From Malacoraja senta (Eukaryota), in the NCBI GenBank assembly GCA_038087875.1, contig CM075993.1, positions 10,542,001 to 10,606,000 on the forward strand: a DNA stretch of 64,000 nt, in the 5' to 3' direction. The position numbers and the translations under genes are program-made. A model generated the notes under the pieces. The model did no database searches. It was not told the DNA's origin and was given only the letters and a program-made list of their open reading frames with translations. This document shows, one piece after another, positions 48,995-63,152 of this stretch (positions are counted from its first letter, which is position 1; each line of letters opens with the position of its first letter).

Positions 48995-51900
48995 CTGCAA
49001 AACGGGGAAAAAAGGATCAGATATTCAATAAACACATCAAACTCACACTTTAAATGGAGACTCAAGAAATAGCAGATGCTGGAAAAACTCAGCAGGACAG
49101 GCAGTATTTGTGGAGGGAATTGACAGATGACATTGCAAGTCAGGACCTTTCTTCATACTCAATTCAGTCTGAAGAAGGATACGGACCCAAAATGTCACCC
49201 ATCCATTGGCACCACAGATCCACTATGTCCCCCCCAGCAGCTTGTCTTGCCAAAGCATCCACCCAGCAGTTTTTAAACCAACTACTAGGTTGGTTGCTGT
49301 TATCAAGAGAAGTCATCAGTGGAAGCAATGAAATACTCAGGTACAGATCAATGACTATATTCAAGCTTCACAACAGAACTCAGCAAGATAGATTGGGACT
49401 TCAGTAAGTTTGCTGCATTATTGAGTTATACTGCTTAAAGGATTAAGTAGTTCCATATATCTCCTGGCCAATATTATTCCGGTTTTAGTTTGTCTTAGTT
49501 TTAGTGATACAACATGGAAACAGGCTCTTCAACCCACAGAGTCCACGCTGACCATCGATCACCTGTTCACACTAGTTCTATGTTATCCCACTTTCACATG
49601 CATTCCCTACAGACTAGGGACAATTTTTGCAGAGACTGATTAACGGACAAACCTGCACGTCTTTGGGACGCGGGAGGAAACCGGAGCACCCAGAGGAAAC
49701 CCGCGTGGTCACAAGGCGAACATGCAAACTCCACACAGACAGCACCCGAGGTCAGGATTGAACTCGGGTCTCTGGCACTGCAAAACAGCAGCTCTACCCG
49801 CTGCACCGCCCTACTATCTGTGCTGTCAGTTACCAACATAATTGCCTTCATCATAAACATCATCCATTTCTTTGCGATTTGAATATCCTTGGTGTATGAA
49901 AAATTGCTGCTGCACTACACTGAAAAGTCTTGGTCAGTCACAGGACCACACGGCATAATTGGAGAAGAGGTACAGCAGTTTGGGTGCTGCACTTTAATTA
50001 GCCCAGGGAAACAGCATTACATGGATTAATGCATCTGGCGATTCATTGCAAGGTGGAACCTTACAGTACTGCACCATAGTGAATGCTGTGGAGTTGGGGA
50101 TCACACCAAGTACCAGTTTCCCATCCCATCCTGGACAAATCAGATCCATTAGTTTTTTCCAGACTGGAAACTAACCAATTAGTTTGTTGTGCTCACCACA
50201 CAGCATTTATGGATACATTCATAAATCTGTCGATTATGAAAATTTAACCGATGCAATGCAGCGATATCAATTAACGATTAAATAGATTCCAAGAGCTTTG
50301 GACCAATGTTGAATGAGTACGAGATTAAAATCCATAAACACATAATTACGTAACATATTTCCACAGTACCTACAACTCATTATTCAAGTTTTGGTTAAGA
50401 AGGAACCAGAAAATCGAAGGTAGACAAAAATGCTGGAGAAACTCAGTGGGTGAGGCAGCATCTTAAGGGTCTCGACCCGAAACGTCGCCTTTTTCCTTCG
50501 CTCCATAGATGCTGCCTTATACACTGAGTTTCTCCAGCATTTTTGTCTACCACTTATTATTCAAGCATCATTTGAATTGTGCAAACAAAGCAACTGAGAG
50601 AGTGATCCACGATGGTCAGTGCACGCAGTTGCCGGGTAACTTGGCAAGTGGAATGTGTGGCAGCCTGGCAACGTCACAAGGCAGCCTTCAGTCTCCTCGT
50701 AAGTACAAAGACGTACTTTTGATAAGCCAACGAATGAAACAAAAATTGATTGGTACACGTCAAACTTTTCTTCTCATTTATGATACAAGAAATTACACAT
50801 TCTAGGCTGATGAACAAATATGAAGCAACATATATAAGTAGTCAATTAAAGAAATCAAAACACCTCAAAACTAAGGTTGCTGTACTTTAAAAACTCTTCC
50901 ATTAGATTCAGCGAGTTACTGTAGGTAAAAAGAATGGTAGATTTCAACTTTCCACACATTACAGTTAATGCTCACTAGCCAATGGCAAAACAATATGTCA
51001 ACTGAGGTAAACGTTCTCATCTTCCATCACTTGAGAAGGGATTATACAGAGACGTTTCAAAACACACAGATCAGACAGCTTGACCGTCAGAACTTGCTTT
51101 CTTTATAAAGTACACAGGGAACCACAGATGGTGGAATCCTTGAGCAAAACACAAAGTGCTGGAGGAGCTCAGCTGGTCAGGCAGAGTCTTAGGAGGGAAT
51201 GGAGAGGCAACGGTTCTTCAGAAGGGTCCTGACCTGAAACATCATCTGCCCATTCCCAGCACACATGCTGCATTACTCCAGCATTTCTGTTTTGCTTTCC
51301 TTTAAGATCAGTAAACAAACCCACTAAAACATGAGTGAGTGAATTATTGACTGAAGTTTCAGAGATGCTATTTGGGGATTATTCTGAATAACCTCTGGGA
51401 AACATGGTCAGTAACTGATTTCCCAAGGCGCATTCCTCACCCTGCCTTTCTAATCTATTCCACTTTTGCCTGCATGTGAAGACCGGCTGATCACATGCAC
51501 ACACTCACGACATTTGCCACTTCTCACCCAACTAAACATTGCCAATCACTGCATCCTATGTTTGGTTTTTCTGCAGTGAGGAAGTGGTTAGGATGTACAA
51601 CGGCCACCGCTGTTCATTCTCAAGACAATTGGTGAGAATCCTTTGGGGTTACTCCAGCATTTCATTTTCAATTCTTAGTGTTGAAGTTTTAATGAAGATT
51701 GGTTCAAAGTTGCCAGCTCATTGCTTTGAAGGGGAATGGTACAGATCGGGTTTGACACTGAGAAGCATACAGCATGTAAAAAGTATGTATTTTCTCTAAA
51801 ATACAGACTCCAAATAAGACAGCAAAAAGCCCTGTGTAAAGAATTCCGCAAAAAAGGGGAATATTTTAGATGGTATAGTATCAAAATCTCAGGGAAAGCA

Positions 51901-53339
51901 CATAAACAAGCAAGTATGGAATTTATCCCTGTGCCATTTGTATATTATTAATGCTTGCAGATTAGTTTATTATGCTGATATATGACACTAATCTGAAATA
52001 TACCCATGATGATATATTTCGAAAGAGGTTCTCGTATTCAACTGCCAAACCAGCACCAATGCCATTTCTAGTGTTTTTTCAAGATTTCCTGCCACTCTCC
52101 CCCACTACATTGAGAGCCCAGCAAATAAAAAATTAAACTATGTAGAAAGGGTAATGAAACAGCACAAACTGTCAAGCTGCTAACACTTGCACAGGGGTCT
52201 TATTCAATGACAAGATGTATTCTCGGGAAGCTGAGCACCGAGATGGGCCTTCATACACAGGTCAAGTTTCCCAGAGGCTGCTGGGTAGGGCACCTGGCAT
52301 AAACCCCCTGCCCTCCGTACTGCTCCAGCAATGAAACTTCCCAAGGTTCGGTGTGGAGAGGCTGCCTAATGAGCCTGCTGATGAGAAATTCTACAGAGTT
52401 TTTACACTGTGCAGCCAAACAGAAATGAGGAGACAGCAGTTTCAAGCACATCCAAACAAAGTAGTGATGAGGAGCACAGTGGGATCAGGCTGGTCTGTCA
52501 TCACAGGGCAGTTTCAGGTGCCCCAATGATGCTAACACCCCCGAACCTCATACTTCAGCAGCACAGTGGTACTGCTGGTAGAGCTGCTGCCTCAGTGCCA
52601 GAGACCCAGGTACGACCCTGATCCTGGGCGCTTGCTTGTGTGGAGTTTGCACGTCCTCCTTGTGTCATAGAAAATAGGTGCAGGAGGCTGCCATTTGGCC
52701 CTTCGAGCCAGCATCGCCATTCATTGTGATCATGGCTGATCATCCACAATCAGTAACCCGTGCCTGCCTTCTCCCCATATCCCTTGATTCCGCTAACCCC
52801 TAGAGCTCTATCTAACACCACATGGGTTTCCTCCGGGTGTTCCGGTTTCGGCTGAGTGTTGGGAATGGATGCAAAAGTGGGATAACATAGAACTAGTGTG
52901 AACGGGTGATTGATGGCTGGCGTGGACTCATTGGGCTGAAGGGCCTGTTTCCATGCTGTATCTTTCTATTCATTCAATCAATCAATGTTAAGTAGTTGCA
53001 TCACCAGCCCTACCCCACCCAATATCGCCACACCAAGCCGAGGGAGATTCATTACTCGGAGAATATCAGGGTTCACACGGGTTCCCAGTACAGCAGTGGG
53101 AAACTAGGGGTGTCTTTTTAAACCACACACTAGCATTTACTCGTGCTCCATCTGTAGGACCAGGAACTCCACCTAGAACCACTGCTCAAAATAGTGGATC
53201 GAGCTAAACAGGGTACCAGCACAATGAAAATAACCAGAGATAAGGAAACAGTGTGAGCCATCCACAAAATACAGTGCAGTAACATGCCTGATCTACACCA
53301 ATAACATATCATAAACACATTGCTTATACTATCAAAATC

Positions 53340-54800
53340 TTACTTTTAGCCAAGTATGCTTTGCAACATTCAAGGAATTTGATTTGCCAAACAGTTATAC
53401 CAATAAAAAGCAACAAGACACACAAAATACATTTTAACATAAACATCCACCACTGTGAATCATCCACATTCCTCACTGTGATGGAAGGCGAAAAATAAGT
53501 TCAATCTCTTCCCTTCTTTGTTCTCCTGCGGTCGGGGGCCTGGAGCCTTCCGTTGACGGGACGCTCTTGGCTCCTGTAGCCGGAGGTCGGGCCCTACACG
53601 TCAAAGCGATCAAGCTCCTGCATTGGGGGGATGTCAGCTCCCCGCGACCCACTTGAGCTTCCCGACATCGGTCTCTAGCCGAGATTGCGAGCTCCTCGAA
53701 ATCCGTTGGATCGTCGATCCCAGGCAAGGGATCGGCTCCGATGGCAAGTCCCCGTCCCCGCGGTGGGGCTCAGTTAGTCCCAAGCAAGACCGCCAGCTCC
53801 ATGATGTTAGGCTGCAGAGCTACCGGAGATACGATCCGGAAAACAATCGCATCTCTGGCAAGGTAAGAGATTGAAAAAAAGTTTCCCCTGACCCCCTCTC
53901 CCACATAAAACATACCAGAGAACATTAACACTAACTTTTAATAAAAGTCATTAAAATAACAAAAAGGACAAAAAGGCAGACAGACCGTTGGGGTGGCTGC
54001 CATCGCTGACGGCGCCACCCGGTGGTGGGGAAACAAGACAGGCAAAGGCAGCAGGGGTATAGAACAAAAGATAGAAACAAAAAGCTGGAGTAACTCAGCG
54101 GGACAGGCTGGAGAGAAGGACTGGCTGATGTTTCGGGTCGAGACCCTTCTTCAAAGGTCTTTTATTGTCACAGTACCAATTAAGGTACAGTGATATGCAA
54201 ATTACCATACAGCCATATGAAAAAAAGCAACAAGACACACAACTATATAAAAGTTAACTAACATCCACCACAGCGGATTCCCCACATTCCTCACTGTGAT
54301 AGAAGGCAAAAAAAGTTGAAACTTCTTCCTCTTTATTCTCCCACGGTCGGGGCAGTCGAACCATCTGTCGGGGTGGTCGAAGCTCCCGCGTTGGGGCGAT
54401 CGAAGTTCCAGCGGCTTGGCGTTCCCGAAGTCGGTCTCTGACCAGAGACCACGAGCTCCACGATGTTAAAGCCAGCAAGCACATGGTTGGAACTCCAAGG
54501 TTGATCGCGGGCTCCACGGTTAAAGTCCCATAGGCCCCACGGCGGAGCTCAAAAGTCGGTCTCCAGCAAAGGCCGCCAACTGCTCGATGTTAGGCTGCAG
54601 TGCGGACGGATATACGATACGGAAAAAAATCACATCTCCGTCGAGGTAAGTGATTAGGAAAAGTTTCCCCCTACCCCCCCCCCCACATAAAACAAGCTAA
54701 AGAACACTAAAAACATACAATTAACAGATACGATTAAAACACAAAGGAGGAAGGGACAGACTGTTGGCGAGGCAGCCATTGGTGGTGCTACCCGGTGGAG
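53340..54800 (-). mobile_element. Two related GC-rich interspersed repeats in tandem (~53340-54025 and ~54160-54800)
   Basis: Shared blocks AAAGCAACAAGACACAC, CACATTCCTCACTGTGAT, ATGTTAGGCTGCAG, GGTAAG.GATT and CCCGGTGG end. Confidence 0.65.
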
Positions 54801-54961
54801 GTACTTCAGAGTTCAGACTTCAGAGTATAGAACATCCTTAACCACATGCTCCCCAAGCCAATACCAAGCTGACTTTACAGCATTAAGTCTTTGTCAATGC
54901 AGTTATTCTGTAACAATTTAAATCCTTCTGAAAAACTGGCGAACAATTTGAGCGCATTTAC

Positions 54962-55075
54962 CTCCAATAAGAAGCACTTCATATCTAGAGCCTGCAGAGG
55001 GAACTCTACATATGTATCTATCTTGTTCCGCAGATAAGCTGTCCAATGAAATCTTTTCAGATGCAAGCATAGCAC
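54962..55075 (-). CDS. USP3: USP3 exon (LHLKRF motif)
   Basis: ttag|GTG CTA TGC...TTG GAG|gtaaat; VLCLHLKRFHWTAYLRNKIDTYVEFPLQALDMKCFLLE; 114 bp. Confidence 0.95.
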
Positions 55076-55945
55076 CTAATGACAAACAAAAACAAAACAG
55101 GTTTAAAAGATTAAAAACTAATTCAGTTACACAGTGTGCAAAGTTTCCTTGAAAACCTCAGGCTGCAACAAGAAAAACCATAGATCATGTCATATATATA
55201 TTACAAATCTAATGCAATAAATAAATTAGAATTTCAATAAATCCACTCACTGCCGTTACCATTCAAGATTGTATATAATCTTAAATGATAAATCAATATT
55301 TAACTGTATATAAAACGGTGTGAATTATGGTTTCTCTTTAGTGCAGATTGTACATAAAGAGAACCCGAAGCATATCCAAACCAGTTACAGCAGTACAATG
55401 GAAATAGCCAGAGATAAGGAAACTGTGTGAGCCATCCACAAAATACAGTGCAGTAAAATGCCTAATCTACACCAACAGCATATTGCAACCATATTGCTTG
55501 CACTATACCAAGACAGGCAAAGGCAGCAGGAGCACAGAACATCCACACGCACATGCTCCCCAAGTCATATGGGCATATGACAATTAGGCCATTCGGCCCA
55601 TCAAGTCTACTGCCATTCAATCATGGCTGATCTATCTCTCCCTCCTAATCCCCGACACCCATACTAATCAAGAATCTACCCATCTCTGCCGTACAGATAT
55701 CTATTGACTGCCTCCGCAGCCTTCTCTGGCAAAGAATTCCACAGATTCACCACCCTCTGACTTAAGAAATTACTCCTCATCTCCTTCCTAAAGGATTGTC
55801 CTTTAATTCTGTGGTTATGGCCTCTAGTCCTAGACTCTGCCACTAGTGGAAGTCGATACCAAGCTGACTTTGAAGTACAGCACCATCCATTGCTGTTGGG
55901 TCTAACTACCGGAATAGCCTCCCCTGGAACTGACTTCCACTCTAC

Positions 55946-56106
55946 TCGAAGGTAGACAAAATTGCTGGAGAAACTCAGCGGGTGCGGCAGCATCTATGGA
56001 GCGAAGGAAATAGGCAACGTTTCGGCCCGAAACGTTGCCTATTTCCTTCGCTCCATAGATGCTGCCGCACCCGCTGAGTTTCTCCAGCACTTTTGTCTAC
56101 CTTCGA
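55946..56106. repeat. Penelope pLTR-derived ~160-bp palindrome
   Basis: Near-perfect ~80-bp arms centred on CGTTTCGG/CCCGAAACG; insertion flanked by 14-bp direct repeat CTTCCACTCTACTC (55934-55947, 56137-56150). Confidence 0.85.
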
Positions 56107-57418
56107 TTCTCCAGCATCTGCAGTTCCTTCTTGAACCTTCCACTCTACTCGGCCAGGAGTACCTTCGCCAGTGAACTGAGCGATTCATGGAGGCGACTCA
56201 ACACTCGTGGGCAGAACTAGGGATGGACAACAAAGACAGGCAGCAATATAGATTCAGATAAATGAAAAAAAATGGCCTTCATAACAAGTGGAATGGTGTT
56301 TGATGCAGCCCGGTTCTGTTACAGTTTGTCATCAACATTATTAAAACATGCAACAGTCACGCAGAATTAGAGTCTAAATTAAGAAACAAAGTTTCTGTAA
56401 TCAGTTCATATTCTGGTTTGGGCGCCCCACAACCTAAAAATCCATTCCAAATTATTAATAAATACAGCTAACAATCTACAATCTAATAGGTAAAATACTA
56501 GAACAGGCAGACGGATGAAAGGCAATGTTCTCATGCCTTTAATGAGCTACAGACTCTACATCATTTAAAAAGTAGAATTTTTTGATTTGAAAGAACAAAA
56601 TTGAATCAGAAAACACGCTCCACCCGTCCTTAACAGGAAAATCTGAAGAAGAAGCTTAAAAAGTTGCCAAGAAAGCAGCAAACCAAAGGATTTTGGAACA
56701 TTTTAGAACTCAAAAGACAACAAATTTGATAAAGACAGACAAGACAGAATATGTAATTTGGCTTCGTCAATGAATACAGCAACGTAGTCACTTCACATAC
56801 CAAAACCAGAAAATGGTGGAAATACCAAATGGAACAGCATTTGTGCAGGCAGAGACAGTGCATCTTTCAGGTTTTCCTATCATCCACTTTCATTATGGTA
56901 TCGGATAGGCTTTTGGATCGGCACGTGAATATGCAGGGAATGGAAGGATACGGATTATGTGCAGGCTGATAAGAGTTAGTCTTGGCATCGTGTGTCGGAA
57001 AGAACTGCAGATGCTGGTTTAAACCGAAGATAAACATAAAAAGCTGGAGTAACTCAGCAGGACAGGCAGCATCACTGGAGAGAAGGAATGGGTGACGTAT
57101 CAGGTCGAGACCCTTCTTCAGACCTTCTGTACGTCTTAAGAAGGGTCTCGACCCGAAACTTCACCCATTCCTTCTCTCCAGAGATGCTGCCTGTCCCGCT
57201 GAGTTACTCCAGCTTTTTGTGTCAGTCTTGGCATCATGTTCAGCACATTGTGGGCCGTAGGGCATGGCCTGTGCTTTATTGTTCTACGTTATATAATTGA
57301 CATGAAGTGTTAACCATTTCTCTCCATGAATGCTGGCTCTACTCAGTATTTCCAGCAGTTAATGGTTTATTTCAGTTTTACAGTATCTAGAGTTTTATTC
57401 CTTTTAAAAAGTACTAAC

Positions 57419-57537
57419 CTTTGGCAACTTTTGAATCCAAAATTTTTTGGTGGACTTCTGTCGTTTTTTACACTTATGGCACATGTACAGCTCGGTTTCA
57501 TCCAGCTCCTCCAAGTCTGTGAAACTTCGTAGGCAAT
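57419..57537 (-). CDS. USP3: USP3 exon
   Basis: tgcag|AT TGC CTA...CCA AAG|gttagt; (D)CLRSFTDLEELDETELYMCHKCKKRQKSTKKFWIQKLPK. Confidence 0.95.
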
Positions 57538-60500
57538 CTGCAACAAAAAGTCCAGCAGATTGATATCAGCAACTTCACAAACCCCATTTGTACCTGCTTG
57601 TTTAGTTTAGAGATACAACACGGAAACATAGAAAATAGGCGCAGGAGTAGGCCATTCGAGCCAGCACCGCCATTCAATATGATCATGGCTGATCATCCAA
57701 AATCAGTACCCCGTTCCGGCTTTTTCCCCATATCCCTTGATTCCCTTAGCCCCAAGTGTTAAATCTAACTCTCACTTGGAAACGGGCTCTTCAGCCCACC
57801 CAGTCCGCACTGACCAGCAAACTATTCAAACACGCCAAAGTATGTCCAAAATATTCCTCTCAATGGAATCATTAAAGTTAAACTTGAACGTGATATAGAC
57901 CAAATGTTGATACATGGGTGTTCTCTGTTGCAAGAATCCAATTTAGTTGAACAAAATGGGGGATAAAATTCTGCAATTGAACCAAACAAAAATCAAGCCT
58001 TACATAATTCAATGCAAAGGTATAACGTGGCGTGTTCAAAGTAAAAATATTAATGAGTTAAATGTACATGTGGGTAGATATTATTTTCATCCTTCTATTA
58101 AAACTATACATTGTATTGTTGCTAAGATGCAGAACTTCCCTTTCCAAATCCATGTTCCTCATTTCTGTTGCTTACACCAGTAATAAAGAACATTTAAACC
58201 ATCATCCATTGCAACAAACAGTATTCTATGTTTTGCCCCAAATGACCAAATGGAGTGTCATTTCATATTTGGGGCACAGGAGCCAGGTGTCGGAGGAAGA
58301 AATTCCTGCGGACTTTTCTAACAATGTGACCCAAGGGTTGGATATATTAAATCACTCCATAATATGCTTCACGGTACTATAGTTGACTTGCTGGGAGAAA
58401 TGATATGTCCTGGAAAAAATACCCAACTTTTCTGGTTGAGATTGGGAAATGGAAACAAAGTATTTGTTTGGGCTGATTTGTGATGGCATTCAGTTTAGTT
58501 ATATAGCACAGAAACAGGCCTTTAGGCCCACTAAGTCCACGGTGACTAGCTATCCCCGTACACTCGCACTATCCTACACACTAGGGGACAATTTTTTACA
58601 ATTTCACCAAGCCAATTAGCCTACAAACCTGTACGTTTTTGGAGTGTGGGAAGAAACCGGAGCATCTGGGGAAACTCACGCAGATCACAGGGAGAACGTA
58701 CAAACTCCGTACAGACAGCACTAGAAGTCAGGATCAAACCCGGGTCAATGGTGCTGTAAGGCAGCAACTCTACCGTTGCGCCATCGTGCCGCTCAAAAAT
58801 AGTCTCCCACTACTATAAATGTTGCAGTCGAGTATTCCGCATTGGGAGACATCGCAGGCATCAGCACACCTGGAGTGCAATGAGAAAGCCTTGTCCTGGG
58901 AGAACAGCCATCCTGACCACCGATTGTCCCCGCCAGGTAAGCTGGCACACAACCTTCCACACATTGGAAAATGGGGTAAGTGGTTAATTTGCAAAAAAAC
59001 TGCTTTCTTCTTCGCTTATTATTGAAAATATATTCTGTTCTTTGGATTGTCAGCATCATGAGAAACTAGAAATCAAAACAGACCAGTCAGCATTCCTGGA
59101 GGATCTGTGATTGTTATTACATCAAAATCCAGCCGTGGATTGCCCAGAATTTGCATCCCTTTTCAATGGAGGGTGGAAAACCTGTCAGCAATCTGTCACG
59201 CATGCGCAGTGCTACACCAAAACCGGACGTGGTTGACAAGGATTCATTGAATCTGCAAAGGACACACTGTTTTCCTGCACAATCAGTGGCCTTCAATAAT
59301 GCAATGAGTGGGAGTCAATGACTTAAATGAACACCCCAATATTTTTTGGCAAACTATTCTCAAAACTGAGCTAAGTCGTGCCCAATGATGTATAGTTGGA
59401 TTTTCAAATGCTTTACAGAATGGTCTTGTTTATGTTCAGTGGAGCTGAACAATGCCTCTGGTTCTCAAACACTGACTTTACTCTGCGGAATGCCGACAGA
59501 CCTCAATTTCTGAAGCCCATGGAATTTCATTAAAGCTAATTAAACCAAAACTGATACTCAGTTCCTGTTTAATTGTTGGTTTTGCTTTCATCTTATTTTC
59601 CAGTGCTGTAAAATATTTAAGTTAAAGCTTATATTTCAATCAGCCTGTCAGTCAGAATTCTTCACTCCAAGCCAGTTAGTGACATCAGAAATACTGGATG
59701 CCAAACATCACAAGCTGCGACTTACTGCAACCAATGTGGAGAAAAGGAAATCAGTACCACAGGAGACCTCTGCGGGCTGCTTTCTTCAAAGTCAATAGCA
59801 CACATCAATTCACTGCTGGCCATGGAATACAGATCAACATTCTCCCACATGAACCCAGCCAAGGCTGACTATTTGTAGCAATGTAATTTTTTAATGCCAA
59901 ATAAAGAATGCACCCCCACATGGCTCTTCCTGACATCACCCTGTGGAGGTACAGTTTTATTCTAATGGAGGGTTGGTAGTCCCAGAGTGATGCCCAAGCT
60001 CCACCAGAAGTGACAGCTAGATTTCTGCAAGCCAGGGTCCATTTTGTAGCCCGCGACTGCATTTTTGATTAATGCAGTTATGAGATGCAGTACAACTGCT
60101 TTTTGCTTCAAAATATTTGCAAAGGCTTTCCAATACACATCAAAGTGACTTCCTTACCACCAATAGGTGTTCTCAGTCCAGATAGGAAAGGCCAGAAGCC
60201 CAATAGCAGGAAACTACACAATGAGTTTCAATGATCACCTTTGTTTAATGCAGCAGAAGCCTGATACTTTGGATGCTGAGAATCATAGTGAGTTACTGAC
60301 CTTGTCACTCGACTCAGGTCACCCCATTATAGGCAGGATGTGGAGAGTTTGCAGAGGGTGCAGAAGAGGTCTACCAGGATATAGCCTGAATTAGAGGGTA
60401 CTAGCCACAAGGAGAGGTGGGACAGTCTGCAATAGCTAACTGGAGCACCAGACAGAATGATGAGCGACCTGACAAAACTATATTAAACTAATCAGAAGCA

Positions 60501-62405
60501 AAGATAGGGTTAGACAATCAGAACCTTTTTTCCCTAGGGTGAAATGTCAAAGGTTTAAGGTGAGAGGGGCAAAATTTAAAGGGGATGTGTGGGCAGGTTT
60601 TTATTACACAGGGAGCGGTGAAACTCAGGAATGCAGTGCCGAGAGAGGTGGAGGAGGCAGGTAGGAGATGGGCATTTAAGAGGCTTTTGGACAGGCACAT
60701 GGATAAGCAGGGAATGGATGGATATGGATCACATGCAGAGGAAATTAGTTTAACTAGTTCAGCACGGAGTTTGTGGGCTGAAGGGCCTGTTTCTGAGCTG
60801 CACTGTTCCATATTCTATATCTCTTCCTGGGGTTGCTCATTTATTAATTTTGTGTTGAACGGCCAGCTGCCTTTAGAGCTAACCTTCCCTTTAATGGTGC
60901 GTATTCTTCAAGCTGCAAGAGTAGCTCCTGAGAACAGTGCTTACTCAGCCAGACTTACTAGCTCTCAGAATGTGACAAGTCTGAGGTGTGCAGGGTTATC
61001 ACTGCTCACATCCAGAGTCCTGCCATCATCAAGGATAAGGATATTCATAGTGCTACCTCCGCTCATCAGCTGTTTAACGACCTGAAGATGAAACAGCAAC
61101 ATAATTCCAAATTGGGAACTTGGAGAGGAACATGCAGATGGTGGTGTCGTCATGAACTGAAAGTCCTTGTACTTGTTGATGTAGAGATTGCAGCTTTGAG
61201 AGTGATGGACTAGCCTAAGTGAGCACATCTCTCACTGTGTCCTGCAAATGACACATGGGCTTTGCAGACACAGAATATCCAATCTGTCCTGTTCACAAAT
61301 GTGTAGTATTTGTGGGTGGTTCAAATGAGTTTCTGGTCAATAGTGCCCCATCACATTCATAGTGGGGCATGTAGTGAAGACAACTCCTTTGAATATCAAA
61401 AGGTAGATAGAGATTCATTTATTCAAGATCTTCACTGCCTGCCATTCAAGGTGTCCATATTCAGCTTGTGTTCTGTAGCTGTAGTGAATGATCTGCAACA
61501 TCCAAACCAGTTTCCTTTATGCAAGGTGTGACCCTGGTCCTTGGGAGTCTTTTCCCTTTAATTCCCATCAACATCAGTTTTACAGAATTCCTTGTTGCTG
61601 CCGTCAGACTTGGCCTTGATCCCCAGCTCTGATGCTAATGCATTTTGCACAATTGGAGCACCACATAACATGGCTGAACAAGCCTAGCCCATTGCCCACA
61701 AGTTATGACTCTGTGGGACAATCCTCAAATTTGGCACCAATCTCCCGATGTTTCTGAGAATGACACTACAAGGTCAACTGAGCTGGGAGCAACAGTGTAA
61801 AATCAGAATAAGATACACAAGCTGAAGTCGGGTGTTTAATTTAGAGATACAGCTCAGAAACTGGCCCTTCGGTACATCGAGTCCGCGCCGACCAGCAATC
61901 GCTGCACATTAACACTACCCTACACACACCAGGGACAATTTTACAATTATACCAAGCCTATTAACCTACAAACCTGTGCGTCTTTGGAGTGTGGGAGGAA
62001 ACCGGAACCCCATGCCGGTCACGGGGAGAGCGTGCAAACTCCGTACAGACAGCACCCATAATCTGGATCATACCGGGGTCTCTGGAGCTGTAAGGCAGCA
62101 ACTCTACCACTGCACCACTGTTCGAGCAAGTTCCACTGTTGTTTTTGTTTTGTTTTAACAGACGTTCATTGTGTTGGAACTGAGCAGCTTTCTGGGCCAT
62201 TTCAGAATGCATTTAAGAATCAGCTATACACCAGGGGAGGATTGTGTGTCTGCAATTGCGCAGAATCATCTGGAGAACATTAATGAATCAATGGATTTTT
62301 ATGCCAATCTGGTTGCTCACCCAAAAGTCTCATCAACTCCCTTAATATAATTACTTATACTGCATCACTGCATCTTTATGTAATTAAAACACAAAAGAAC
62401 CTTAC

Positions 62406-62486
62406 CGCGTAGAGTACATACTGGTCCATTATCCTGGTTTTTGGATCTTTTGTTTCTGAACTGACTTGGGATATCTAATGAAAGAT
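62406..62486 (-). CDS. USP3: USP3 exon
   Basis: tcaag|AT CTT TCA...CTA CGC G|gtaag; (D)LSLDIPSQFRNKRSKNQDNGPVCTLR; 81 bp. Confidence 0.95.
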
Positions 62487-62570
62487 CTTGAAAGAGAAAA
62501 AAAAAGTCAGAAATATAATAACCTCCCTATGTAGAAAACAGCTAAAACACAAACCTGCAAAATCACTCAC

Positions 62571-62677
62571 CAAGGAATGGATCAAATTTCCGAGATTCAG
62601 TTCCACATATTAGACAGTTTACTTCATTTTGAAGTATTCCTCCAAATATGTTAGTGACAACTGTAGAAACACCATTT
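62571..62677 (-). CDS. USP3: USP3 exon
   Basis: tcag|A AAT GGT...TTC CTT G|gtgagt; NGVSTVVTNIFGGILQNEVNCLICGTESRKFDPFL. Confidence 0.95.
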
Positions 62678-63005
62678 CTGAAAATAATCAAAACCTTATT
62701 AGCAATAGGAAAATATAATAGCCATGTTATTGCTATTAACGGCTCCATTTATAAACAGCAACAAAGACGTCGGAATTTGTTAATTGGCTTGGTAAAAGTG
62801 TAAATTGTGCCTAGTATGCGTAGGATTGTGTTAATGTGCGGGGATCACTGGTCGGTGCAGACTCGGTGGGACGAAGGGCCTGTTTCTGCACTGTATCTCT
62901 AAACTAAACTAAAGTAATGGGTAACAGACTAAATGCAGCATTTGCCATTTAAAAAAAATTCCATTCTTATCTAACATAAAAGACAAGACTGAACCAGGGA
63001 CTTAC

Positions 63006-63152
63006 ATGCAGCATTTACTGGAAGACGAGATGCTCGAGCTGTCTGGCAAAATAAATGAAGTTGTCATCCCATTGTAGCTTCGCTGAAGCTCCAAGTGAAG
63101 ATGGTCTAACAAGTATCGCATAAACTCATGCGCATCTTGCTGTTGATATCCT
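63006..63152 (-). CDS. USP3: USP3 exon containing QQDAHEF motif
   Basis: gcag|A GGA TAT CAA...TGC TGC AT|gtaag; GYQQQDAHEFMRYLLDHLHLELQ... Confidence 0.95.
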
